Origin: Trichoplax sp. H2
Taxonomy: Eukaryota
Length of the DNA stretch: 64,000 nt
Direction of reading: 5' to 3'
Assembly: GCA_003344405.1 (NCBI GenBank)
Contig: NOWV01000003.1
Span: 62,001-126,000, forward strand
Shown piece by piece: positions 30,301-43,100 of this stretch. Each line of letters starts with the position of its first letter. Position 1 is the first letter of the stretch. A program made the position numbers and the translations under genes. The notes below the pieces were generated by a model, which saw only the letters and a list, made by a program, of their open reading frames with translations, searched no databases and was not told the DNA's origin.

Positions 30301-32142
30301 TAATATATCTTTAGGCCGTAAATAAGATAATACATGTAGCGCCAACTGTTATGAATAAGATTTTACAGTGTAAGCGTCGAAGATACATTCAATAAAAGTA
30401 AAGTATTCAAAAATCCTTGCTCTACTTTATACCTCTTTGGGTAAAAAAGATATGAAATCCCTTTGAAAATGTGGTCTAACTCAAAAAAAATAGCAATAAT
30501 TAATTATGAATAAGCCTATCTACTACAACTAATTATCACCAGTACAGTATATTATCGAAGCTTACTCTATTTGTTTCATGACGAACTTTGCTTCTTCCAA
30601 TTTACAACTGGAAATAATGTAGAAAAAGACAAAAACGGTAAAAAGATAACTTCTTAATTCCAATGCTTACGTATAGATATGCATGCTCTAAACTTGTATT
30701 TTTCCTTTAAATTCTTATACAGCAGTATACTTGTAACTAAACCAGATTATTGAATGTACATAATTTATCAACAGTTATCAATTCTATTCGTTCAAATTAT
30801 GGTTACATAAAATATATTATCATTATCTATTAATTATATTGCCACCTGACAATCAAACGATCTCGACAATGCAATCAATATTACACGAGTAGGTTATAGT
30901 TACGCTATAGAAAATTTACAGATACACAATACAGCATCGCACTATCCACTCTATAGAGAAACCAGTGTGCATAATACAGTAAATAATGGAGTACCAAAAC
31001 AGTCTACAATTTATCTACTAAAGAGCAGCTTGCACCAGGATTACAACTACCAAGATTCACATTATACAATCACAATACAGTATAAAAATTCTTAACAGTC
31101 TTGCTGCAGAAATTACGATTTTAATCCACGAATGCTGAATAACAATCTAAGATGTAATTTAATCTTACTATGAATGCAGCAAAAATATCATATCTATAGT
31201 TTTTAATGTACAACGAACACTTGCAAATATTGAGTAATACATTTCACAACTTATAAGGAACGTGGTATCTTAATCATCATAAATATGACCTTTCAGTGAT
31301 CTTGCTCAAAGCACGCCGCCTCCAATCCTCATTCCAGTCTTGAAATAAATTAACCCATCCATCGAGAATTTCGTCGTCGGCTGAACAGCCACCGCGCATG
31401 CATTGTTCTGAGCACTGACTGCAAATATCCACACCAAATTTATTACGGTTAACTTAGCCATTATATGCAATTACTTGTATTCATACACATCTAATAGACT
31501 ACTAATTGAAACGTAACATTCCTATAAATGAGGAAATTTTTAATTTTTATCATTTCTATTATAGGTCACAGTTCTATATCCTTACAATTACTAGATATTT
31601 TAAAGCATGGTCTCCATCAACAATCAGTGAATAACTTTCACCTCATACATTAACACATAGTTATCTCAAATTCATGCACAGTTACGTCCGGATATAATAA
31701 TGAATGCTCAGCAAATCATTAAAAGTAATACTCCTACACAGAATGCAAGTAAAGACTGCAATAAAACTATAAAATGTTCATGGCTATCTATAATAGTTAC
31801 ATAATTATATATAAGTAAGCCAAGTAAATAGGCATGTTTTTAACGGTGCGCACCTGTAAGCTTTTTTATTGTTCTTTAATCTCTTTTGTACTCGCTTTAA
31901 ACGGTGTAAAATAATGTTAATGAATCTCTGTCAGTGTGAAATATGTAAGTCATGATAGTCCTACCTCAAATATACGCATATATAACAAGCAATTTGCTAC
32001 TGAATATTTACAAGTGCAAATAAACTGCTACGTTACTGAAAGACATCTTTATGAACATTAAAGTGTATACTATACTCTATAGCAACACGACCTTGGAAGA
32101 CGAAGGCTGAGAATGGGCTGAGATCTCTTTGTTGCACTCCAT
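27392..32142 (-). CDS. FBXW7: F-box/WD40 protein FBXW7 (Cdc4/archipelago), multi-exon; start codon uncertain
   Basis: D-domain [17 protein letters not shown]...[19 protein letters not shown]-box [34 protein letters not shown]40 repeats [35 protein letters not shown], and C-terminal [15 protein letters not shown]. All three phosphodegron-binding Arg motifs are present. Confidence 0.95.
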
Positions 32143-32329
32143 CACACCATTCCTGGAATGCCGAGATTAAAAGACTTAATATGATTACTTTCTACAAGGA
32201 CTGACTAAAGTTAAGAATATTATATTAATAAATAATAACCAATAACAATTTAGAATCCATATACAGCACCTTGTCGATTATGTTATGCATTTTACATTTT
32301 ACTTTGAATTGAATTCGGGAAGCCTTAAC

Positions 32330-32700
32330 CTACAGTACGGTATAGTAATAAGCTAAGCGGAGTAAGTACTGTACAGTAGAGCACAGTATTGTACCGTACT
32401 GTACAGTGTACAGTACTGTACAGTAGTACAGTACAGTACAATACAGTACTTATTATTATTATACTGTACAGTACTGTACAGTACAGTACTATTTAGAATT
32501 AGTACTGTACAGTATTTGTCTCACTCGTGATTACTGTACTGTACAGTACAATACAGTACAGTACAGTACCGTAAAAGAAAGAAGGAAAGAAATAAAAAAA
32601 CCCATCGTACGGTATACTGTACTGCTCCCACAGTACTGCACTGCGCAGCAGTAAATTCTCTGGGAAAGCTACAGTAGTGTTTGAAACAGTAGTACTGTAA
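32330..32700. promoter_or_regulatory. TACAG/CTGTA field in the FBXW7/CNOT6 divergent promoter
   Basis: gtactgtacagtgtacagtactgtacagtagtacagtacagtacaatacagtac and similar runs between head-to-head genes. Confidence 0.7.
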
Positions 32701-32974
32701 AGGTGCAATGTATCTATTTCATTTCACTACAAGTCTCCATATACTGTAGACATTAATACTATGTATTCTACGCAGTGTGAAGTGTGGAGCTCGATTGAAG
32801 TTTTTGGATTCTTGGTGTAAATTTAGAATATTTTGGAATACGTACAAAATAAGTTCGATTAATACAAGTTACAATACTATACTTAGCATTAACCTTGCGA
32901 ATGATATTATCGTACAAGGACTACGGATTCCCATTAACATTAATTAACTGTGAGCCAATTTTATCATATAGCGT

Positions 32975-35502
32975 ATGTCAGCGAATTCTAAGCAACGATT
33001 TAAAGATAAATATAAGTATAAACCTCCTGATCCCAGGCGATCTCATCGGATACTAAGCGCAGAAGAGATCACAGCAGGCAAAGGTAGCAAATGGAGCGAG
33101 TTAAGAATAGAATCTAACGTGCGAATTTTATCTCCCAAGATATTTGGTATGCGCTTTTTGACAGCGCTGTATTTAAATGATAATAAATTAACCGCGTTGC
33201 CCAGTGAGATAAACCTTTTGGATAATTTAACCTACCTTGACGTCTCTAATAACAACTTGCGATCATTGCCCACGTCAATTGGTGATATGGTTAACTTGCG
33301 AGAACTCAACCTATCGAATAACAATTTAAGGAGGCTTCCTAACGAAGTAGGTAAATTATTCCTTTTGCAACATCTAAGGCTTCAAGGAAATCCTTTACCA
33401 CCTGAGATTTCAAGTATTCACACCGAGACAAATGGCACAAGCAAGCTTCTGTTGTATTTATTAGACAATCTTGAAGGTGAGACTGGCAGAAGACAATCAT
33501 GTCAATGATAGTGGTCTCTAGCTCTACAAACTGTACACTCACATCTAGCACGGTTTCTATACAGTATTTCCCGTCTCTTTCCTAACTTTAGTTGCGTTAC
33601 CAATACTTGAATTCTGCATACGCGTAGTAGATGCTCTACGTAGCTGAACACCTGAAGCATAGCCAAAGATTATACCTATAATTGCCATATGCAGTAAACG
33701 TATTGCGATAGCCCATTGTTGATCCTAGCTTAACGTTGATAGTGTTGCACGTAACGAATATTGCAATGTGTCTAAACTCGAAAAAAAAAGGGTTTTTTTT
33801 TATAAAGTTTTAGTTAGATATTTTTTGACTGATATACGTTCTAATGCTCCCTTTATCGACCGATGTCTAACATACTGTAGTTTAAAAGGTATTGTTTATA
33901 TTACAGTTTGCTCTCAACCTCCTCCTAGGGACTGGATTTGCTTATCAGACAGCGGTCGAGAAGTGACGCGTAAGTACAATAACTATATCTCTGTTATGGT
34001 GTACATATGCAGTACTACATTATGAGACTGAACGATAACTGATAACTGCTAACAGTGTCATATGCTTACTGTATATATATACACTAGCATTAATTCTCCT
34101 TGCGTACTAAACAAATTAGTTCACCATTTCGTTTTATTATTTTTTCAGCTTATGCTTTTACCGTTATGTGCTATAACGTCTTATGCGAAAAATACGCTAC
34201 AAGATCATCTTATGGTTATTGCCCAAGCTGGGCTCTTGCATGGGACTATAGACGGCAAAATATTATGAAAGAAATATTACACTATAATGCTGACGTAATA
34301 TGTTTACAAGTAAGGTTATATAGTGTGCATTCCTTAGTATTTTGGGAATTTCATTGTACGTTGGCATAACATACTTAGTTATAACGGTTTATACCTTGCT
34401 TCTACTTTACAGGAGGTAGCTACGGATCAATTTTATACGTATCTGTTGCCAGAATTAAAATTACACGGCTATGACGGAATATTTGGGGCCAAGTCTAGAG
34501 CTCGTACTATGGTCGAGCCTGAAAGATCTGCTGTGGATGGATGTGCAATATTCTTTCGATTGAATAAGTATATATCTTTATATCCATCACTGTTAATTTT
34601 CACATAGCCTTATGTTATGCAATTATCAACTTTATTTTCGTCGATCTCTTCAAGATTTACACTAGTGAAAGAGGATCTGATTGAATTTAATCACTTGGCC
34701 ATGATGCATGCGGAAAAATCTGAGGACATGATCAATAGAGTAATGACAAAAGATAATATTGCTATGATATGTGTATTAAGAGTCAACAAAACTGATAGCA
34801 GTGGTAAACCATTAAGATTAATTGTTGCGAACGCCCACATGCATTGGGATCCAGAATTTTCGGATGTAAAAATTGTCCAAACTGTGATGCTCGTCCATGA
34901 AATTTATTCCCTCATGAAGACTATAGCGTCCGAAATCGATTGTGGTAAGCCGCAAGATTGATACTGAAAGTCTCATTAAATCTTTTTTGTACTACACGAT
35001 TTCGATGATTAATCATGTAGGTACACGAATAAAAACTCCTAGTAACTTCTGCGTTATAATTCATTAATTAATAGCTATCTCAGAAATCCCATTGGTGGTT
35101 TGTGCTGATTTAAATTCACTGCCGTCATCAGCCGTTGTGGAGATGTTGACTTCCGGTAACGTTTCAGTAAAGCATCCCGACTTTAAGGGAAAGAGTTATG
35201 ATGGCTATTTCAATAACTCGTGTAATATTTTAACTCGAGAAAATAATTTAGTGTTGCCGTTTAAGCTTGCACATGCTGCCAATCAAGATTTTTTGCCATA
35301 CACGAATATGACCTATGACTTTACTGGAATTATAGACTATATTTTGTTCCCTAGTAAGCTACTGTATCCTAGTGGAATTCTGGGAGGCTACAGTCAGGCA
35401 TGGGTTGAGGAAAATAAGATTGTTGGATATCCTCATCCTCACGTACCATCCGATCATATTTCAGTTCTCATTGAGCTGGACTTCAAACTCGGCCAAGACT
35501 AA
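32975..35502 (+). CDS. CNOT6: CCR4/CNOT6 deadenylase (LRR + EEP domains), 6 exons
   Basis: LRR LTALYLNDNKLTALP...LQGNPL; PPPRDWI; FTVMCYNVLCEKYATRSSYGYCPSWALAWDYR; ICLQEV; ANAHMHWDPEFSDVK; VCADLNS; GIIDYI; HVPSDH. Confidence 0.97.
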
Positions 35503-36827
35503 CCTTATACTGTGCGATGTTATCTTAAACGCTTTTCTTTCCCATACTAGTATAGCAAATAGTCCACATACATGTCCTAGACTACTGAAAATGTACTATA
35601 TATTTGGCCACATTGATACAAGATGCATGCACAATTAGATACCTATAGTTATAAGTAACTTGTAGCTTTACCAAACTTGGATATTAGTCACGTGTATGTA
35701 TATCTGGCTATTATATATATATATATATTAGTATATAAATCCTTCTGATTGTGGCGTTAAATTTCAACACGCTACTGGAGTCTCATTATGTAATCAATTT
35801 GGAGTCTATATATGTATTGTGTCATCTTAATTCGGTAGAAAGTTGCCAAAACTATTACTATATGCAGCTTTTGATTAGTTGCTGGAACGTGACCATGCTC
35901 TACATGAAATCTTTAGATTGACATGATGCTGTAGTAAAATCATTTTTTTGTGTAAACATATAAAACATTTTATAAATGTGCAGATCATTCTGTATTGTTT
36001 CTTCGTCGTCAGCGAACGGTACTATCATGACCCACAATTACCAGTATTAGTATCAAGAAGCAAAACTCTATGAACAGTGAGTCCATAATTCCAATATACA
36101 ATAGAATTCCTCTTTATGAACTATAATTCATAGATGCACTGTGTTAATATATAAATTTAACGACAATGAGCAAGAAGAGTAGAAGCGAAATCAGAACATT
36201 TGCACAGTAATGATTCCAGTAATATTAAGTACGGTACTTCCGTGTACAATATGAAGAACAGATTGATTTCATTTAATTGGCTGCATTTATAGATCAGATA
36301 TGGAAGTCAAAAGGATAAAATTATCTCTATAGAATTTGTGTCTCAACGCTAGAAACACAACCTCATTCTCTAAAATATAAAAAACATGCAAAGGAAGCTG
36401 TTACAATATTCAATGACATACCAAGAAGATACAATTCTACAATAGCAAGCAGAAATTATTGAATTGTATGATGCAACTAGGATTAGCTATTTTTATTAAT
36501 ATTTAAGATATGAAGATGTTTCAAATACACAAATTTCGCCTTAAGGTACATTAAATTAACGTTATACTGCAGTGGTCATGATCTCTTCCGTGTAATATCT
36601 GCATCATGGGATCAAGATTGAGCTGCTTTTAATTCATTTTGAGAAATAAATAATCTCAAAATAAGCAAGTTTCGACTTGGTGTACGCTGTATAATCACAA
36701 TAATGATCTATTCCGTGCATTATCTAGTATATTTTACAACAATAAACTTGTGAATTAAGGTGCAGCGTTAACATGCAAGAAAATGTAATATAGTAGTACC
36801 TACCTATAAACATTTGTTAGTATATCC

Positions 36828-37667
36828 TTAAATTGCCTTTTGCAAATGTACACTTGAATCTAATCTAGTATAACCAGTATTTTGCGACAAATAGTGGCGA
36901 ATTCCTCGACTTCGAACTTCTGAAATGAAATCAGCTACCTAGGTATTCATATGAAATGTTTTTACAAGAGCGAATTCAGTTTTAATACGTAGAAATGTAA
37001 TATTTAGGAGATTTTTAGTATCCTATTCAATTTTTAAGTAAAGTAGAGAGTATAATTCTTACCAGTAGGCGATTTCTAAATATTGAAAATGCCAATGCCA
37101 ATATCATGAGAAGGAAGAAGCATATTAACGGAAAGCGACTTTTTGCCGTATTATCATTACCCCATAGATTTGAAAACTGAAATTTAAATATTGGATCATT
37201 CTGTCTATATCTTCGAGAGGATTGCTTCTGGTTGAATGGAGCTATAGACATTAAGGAAGAAATCAATACGTATAACGAAGCATACGATTGGAATTTTTAA
37301 GTCTTACAGAGAGAATCGAGAAGCTAAACTAATCATAAGCTCTGCAAACTGATATTAGTACACACTGAGCAAATAGCCTTATGTAAAATATATGATACGT
37401 ATGTGTAATTACAAGCGTAGAGAAATCGCCACTATGTTTCCATAACACTGTATTGTCTGTAGTAACTCATGCTCCACAATAGGACACAAAACCTTGCTTA
37501 CTTGGATTATTACCGCTACTATTCGTGTTCGTTATTTCAAAGCTTTGATTTGCAGAATGATTTGGCTTTAGTCTTTCATTCTCTACTGCTGGCTTAGAAT
37601 TGACTAGCAGAATAAAGCAAGTTAACAATACGAAAAAGATGGAGAGAATCTTTTGATCTGGCGCCAT
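36828..37667 (-). CDS. Small type I membrane protein, TGN38/TGOLN2-KCT2(C5orf15)-like (exons 37667-37502, 37241-37063, 36938-36828; 151 aa)
   Basis: Signal peptide MAPDQKILSIFFVLLTCFILLVNS, an N-glycosylation-rich polar lumen, TM FPLICFFLLMILALAFSIF, and tail RNRLLVADFISEVRSRGIRHYLSQNTGYTRLDSSVHLQKAI* with a YxRL sorting motif. Splice phases are consistent. Confidence 0.7.
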
Positions 37668-37873
37668 GCTATCAGCACAATATATAGGATTATACGCCAA
37701 TAGCTCCGCAACGTGTGGTAATAGAAACAATTTTAAGGTCATGATACTAAAAACAATAAATTGATGATGCTGTGACATATGCTAACCAATCTTGCTACGA
37801 TATCGTCAATGTTAGAGTCATGTTTTGCCGTATGTTTATACTGTACAGTAACTATGACTGTCTTGCCAGTGTT

Positions 37874-37953
37874 TCAATGTGCAATACAGTGCTAGTTCAA
37901 GATCAAGATTGAGGCTCAATGTGCAATACAGTGCTAGTTCAAGATCACGATTG
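37874..37953 (+). repeat. Two-copy tandem repeat, period 42 bp
   Basis: tcaatgtgcaatacagtgctagttcaagatca(a/c)gattg at 37874 and 37916. Confidence 0.9.
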
Positions 37954-40119
37954 TATGACGAAATCAGAAACTACGGCGTTGTTAAGTCAATGTGATAGAT
38001 GATACAGTTTTTAATACAGCTGTTAATCCTCATTAAATGATAGAGTGAAGCGATAATACCTATTAAGTATTCCCTTAAAATTAATGATACCAAGGCGATA
38101 CTCCAGTACATCATAAGCAATACAGTTAGACTAGATTAGCTCTTATTGCCATATAATTACAAGTTGCCATTTAGGTAAGATTAATTTTACTATGCAAATT
38201 TTTAATCTACAAGAAGCTACATTTATTTATACTGCGTTTGGTAAATTGTATGCCCATTTGTAAAGCTTTATCTATGATCATTACATAGCCAAGTATATCT
38301 TTATTGTTATATCTCCTACTCAAAGTCGATAATTCGGTCATCTCTCTTCTACTTTGTGAATACTCAAGAATCACACGACACATAGTTATCACTTTTATAG
38401 TCTCACTTTTGACACAATATATATATACTACCGTATTACACTGTACATGAAATGAATACAACAAAAACTTAATAAAAATATATTAGTTAGCCTGAGCATA
38501 TAATTTTATTTCTGCCTGTTCAATTAGCGTTTAAATACTGTGCATCTTTATAGATGATAGCAAAACGAAAATAGTAAAATGACTGTTTCTATGCTTCAGT
38601 TGGATGTAAAGATTTACAGTCATTAAACGATATTTCATCACAAACTGCAGAGATACGTTCCGAAAAGTGAGTATTCAATAAATTAGCATATCAATTCGTG
38701 TTGCTTATTACGAAGATATTTTTTTTAAGTTTTTGCCTCAGAGTCGTAATATTATGGGTATCTTTATGGTTTATTAAATACTGCAGACTTTTAAAGTTAC
38801 GTCTCAAACTCATTAGAATTATACAATTATTAGTAGTAGCTTCGGTATGTGTAGGAAGACAGTAAGGATAGTGTTAACGATAAGACGTTATCAGAAGGTA
38901 TTATAACGCACATGATGCAGTATATGATGTAAGTAATAACAATGCTCTGTAACTGTAATTTCCATGCCAAAGCATGATGTTAAGTTATCGGATTCAGAAC
39001 TGTAAAGGTACTGTATTACTGCGACTGTACAGTAGAACCTAGGACGGAATAAAGTAGAGTTTTCTGTTGGCATAATTTTGTGTTTGTAGAAGCTGTCCTC
39101 AACTGGATACATAACAGAAACTTTATTAATAAGGTAAATACGAATGCAGTTACCTAGCAAGTCGAGTGAGCTTGCAAAGTAATGCGCTAACTAGCGCTAT
39201 GACAGTATACTACGCACACTTCTTTCTTAAATTGAAAATTTAAAGCGATTAGGTAGTATGCAATCAACACTTTCAGTTCGACTTTATATTGATGATAAAA
39301 GAAAGTTTAAAGTTATTGATATGAGACAGGTTATATAATAAGGCAGTAGCATAATTCATACGATAAAATGATAAAATTACTCTTTACTGTTTAGACCTTT
39401 GAAAGTACATAAACCTAATTTACAGAATTACCTAGATATATTTTTTTAAACCGCATAATATACAAATTGATACTCAGCTAGCGGTAAATATTTATACTAT
39501 TATCTCAAGAAAGTATGGAAAATGGCAAGATCTTACAGAACAGTACTACGTAATTCTTATATTGTAGCGGAAACAATACCATAGTACTAAATTAGTGTTC
39601 ACATTAGAATTATAGCTATATTATGATGTCTCGAAATTTGTTGATCACCGGAAAACAGTTATTGTACGCTATTAGCCCATTTATGTGAACGTTATGATTA
39701 CGCCAAGCGTTAAATAACAAATACAAAAATAAGTATACTGTACAAACTGAGACCCAGTTCGCCATGCGATGTACAATACGGTATATTAGAATGACGACGT
39801 TCCAAACACAGTTATCATTTGCTGTTATGATATGTATAATAAATTAGAGTTAAATCTTACTGTGATTAATTAATTAATTAATTATTATTTAAATAAAACG
39901 CTGGAACCAACCCTATACGAGCTAGTATACAATAGGTCGTAAGAGTTTGATAGTGAGGAGCATTTTCTCATTATTAATTGATCTGTAAGCTTCACGAAGC
40001 CTTCAGAAAGCAAACAGCCTATAAAAGATTCGTTCCGAAACTATATACACTACGTGATATGATAAAAGGCTGTTGGGCTGTAGGATTTATTATGATGCCT
40101 TGATTTGTGCTTTCTCTAG

Positions 40120-43100
40120 ATTAAGGAGGGCGCCATTGATGTTATGAAGAATCCTAACGAAATCCATGATATGCATGCCCGATTCGAAGATATTTACTCA
40201 ACTATAAGTCCTATTCTGATAACAAAAGCAGTGGATATCCCTAAGTTTACATCGTTTCTTATTTGCAAAGTAAATATTTTATTGCGCTGTAGTAAAAGCA
40301 TAAAAGTGATTAGTTGATATGTGAAATTCTAGATATGCCCTTACATTTGAACTATCTATGTCACTGTATAATACTTAGGAGCTACATGTTTACATTTTAA
40401 CTTAAGATGGAAGCAGCCTTATATCTTTTATGTTTTTTTCAAAGGTGTATTGATGAATTTTTTAACTTCGTAAATGTATTTTAAATTTCAAAAATTTGTA
40501 ATAGATAAATTTATTCAACATCGAAATTCATGAAAATCGTTTTCAGCAATCAGCTTCCGTTAGAATCTGCTTGGAAAAATTTCTCGATCAGTGTTTGCTT
40601 ATTTACCGAAGAAAGTACAGAGTAAATATATAAAGTCATTTAGTTTTTATTCAGTCAAAATAAACTATGCCAGCTACGTATGATACTATGTTACAATGAC
40701 CTGTTATAAAATATACTATGGAATGTAGTTGTACATACAGTATACATATTCAGGTCCAGGTTCAAACCCGATATATGTAAGCGTTTAACTTCTACAGTAT
40801 AAGCACGCAAATATATCGTATACTTAGATAATTATGTTGATCGCTTCTACTGTTTCTGTAGTACAGTAAATCTTTATATAACTGTAGATGTCATCTTTCT
40901 AGAATTACTAAAATTTTTCTGAAATTATAACTTACAAGGAGAATCACTCCGTTGTGTTGAGATACGAAGATCTTGTCAACATTTATAGTTTCATAATAAT
41001 GAACGAAGTTAGGATCTGTTTACCAACAAAGTTGACTGTCAATGAAAGAATCTCTGTTTTTAAAGTCACACTTAACGAATATTTACGTGATAGGTAGGAA
41101 ATTTAATCTGCCCTTGTAAAGATATAAATGTTTTCTATTGCTATTTAAGATCTTATACCATATGTATTACACTACATAGGGATTACTGCATGCAAAGGAA
41201 ATTCGAAAAGGTGAGCAATACGGGAATTATGAGGACCAAGTAATTTTAGTTTAGAGTATAAAGAAACTCAAATATTGGTTCTAATAGTAGCATTTGCAGC
41301 TCAAGAGATTCAAAAACATCGGCAGAGGGATGGTAAGTTTTTATACGCTGTTCAAATTATGCTTAAATGTTAATGTACATTAGCGGATCAGTAGTTGACT
41401 TTGCGCTTTTCTAGTATAGCCTTAACCATATAGTGTTTGGTATATAGTAACTATATGGGTAGTATTTAATTAAGTACAAATTTCTGACTTTGACTCTGGT
41501 CCGAAAAATTTTATTGAACTCTGCAGCCGAGATTTACTGTGCAATACCGTACTGTGTTAGATTAACGTAATTTTAAGATGAATCGCCCAATATCCATAAG
41601 TCATAAGTCAATAAAAGTTATACACGTAATGTAGAAATCGATGAGCGCGAATTAGGGTTTACACAGTAATAAAAGTAAGTTCTTTCAGAATCGCTAATTA
41701 TATACACTGTATTCATATTTTAAGCTTATTTTAGTGATTCTATACCTATCAGCCAATAAACATAAGACATGCAATATGAAAATTGCAATCGATAAGCACA
41801 CTGAAATACGCATAGTAGAAATAAAGAATCATTTAGGATTTATGAATAGAGCACTACTTAGGGTTATTCAGGAGAATTTTATAACAATGGACTCTGATCC
41901 AACTCAGAAAGGTCGAGCTATCACTGATTAATTATTAAAAAACTGCTAACTACACCTATGCATCGTGCTATCTGTTATACTATATATATGAACTTGCAAT
42001 CTACATTACTTCCTTATGTACGCAGTCTATTTAACACCAACGAAAAGATCTACGATTGATTACTGTGGTTAATACTAGTGTTACTTACAATTTTGTGAGC
42101 AAGCATAGTTGTTAACAGTATGTTATAATCCCAGGGTATTACGCTGTTATCGTAAAGGAACGTACAGTACTGTACAGTACAGTACAATAAATTCTTTGCT
42201 TAGTGTATCCGAGCATGGACATTATAATGCTCTTCTTAGAATAGTTCTATACTATGGATTAGTATATAAAGAACTTGCTAAGCAAGAAATAAAGGATTAA
42301 GTAAGTAACTATCGTGCGGACTCTTGGATTGTTGTTGTGAAATATAACAACCAGCATTTACGTCTAGTTCGTGCCGTAAGTCTGGACTAAGTCCGGACTT
42401 TGCACACCGCTAAACTCAGGGCGTATCGTACTGTACAATAATTAAGCTTTACAGATTCATATATTGCTTTAATTAATTAATTATTCAGTCTTATCCATTT
42501 CTACATTTTAAAAAATGGAAATGTAAACGGTTACCTTAGGGCTGTGTTGTTATGAATTCATGTACAGTAAACGGCCAGAGTCTCCAGTACTCATCACAGA
42601 AAAAATTATCGTAGAACTTGGTAATTAACATTTAATATTTGATACATATATAAACAAACATTTTAGGACAATTTACAAAATTACAGTAACACCACAATAC
42701 ATTAAACTGTAGTATATCTATAATATTAAGGCTATTCATAACAGTACTTAGTACGCAGGTAATTGTTAGAGATTTAGAAACTTTATTTTATAAATTACAA
42801 ATCACGATTGGATTGCAGATCTCGCAGCAATAATCAGAAAATTTACGTTAACCACATTAGAAATTTGCATAAATTACGATATAAAGATTTAATATTACCA
42901 ATAAATCACTACGATAAAACGAAATACAGTACAGTAATCTTAATCTTAATTATTTAAACAGTATATATGTATACATACAGTACACTATATATATATTGTA
43001 ACTGTTCCCGCGATTATGATGTGCAGTTCATCCATAATTCATCATAGATTTGCTTGTTGTGGTTAGCTTTTACTATAAGTGCATCGACGGTAACGCGAAT

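Noticed and set aside
37668..37778. Longer N-terminus (MSQHHQF...) for the TGN38-like protein
   Set aside because: The downstream ATG at 37667 has a good context (gcATGG) and directly opens a canonical signal peptide. The upstream extension cannot be excluded but is less likely.
41635..41674. Candidate extra exon of the RhoGAP gene
   Set aside because: It contains an in-frame TAG in the required phase, and the frame stays open if it is skipped.
42378..42400. Short palindrome aagtctggactaagtccggactt in a RhoGAP intron
   Set aside because: Too short, with no second full copy in the window to support an element.
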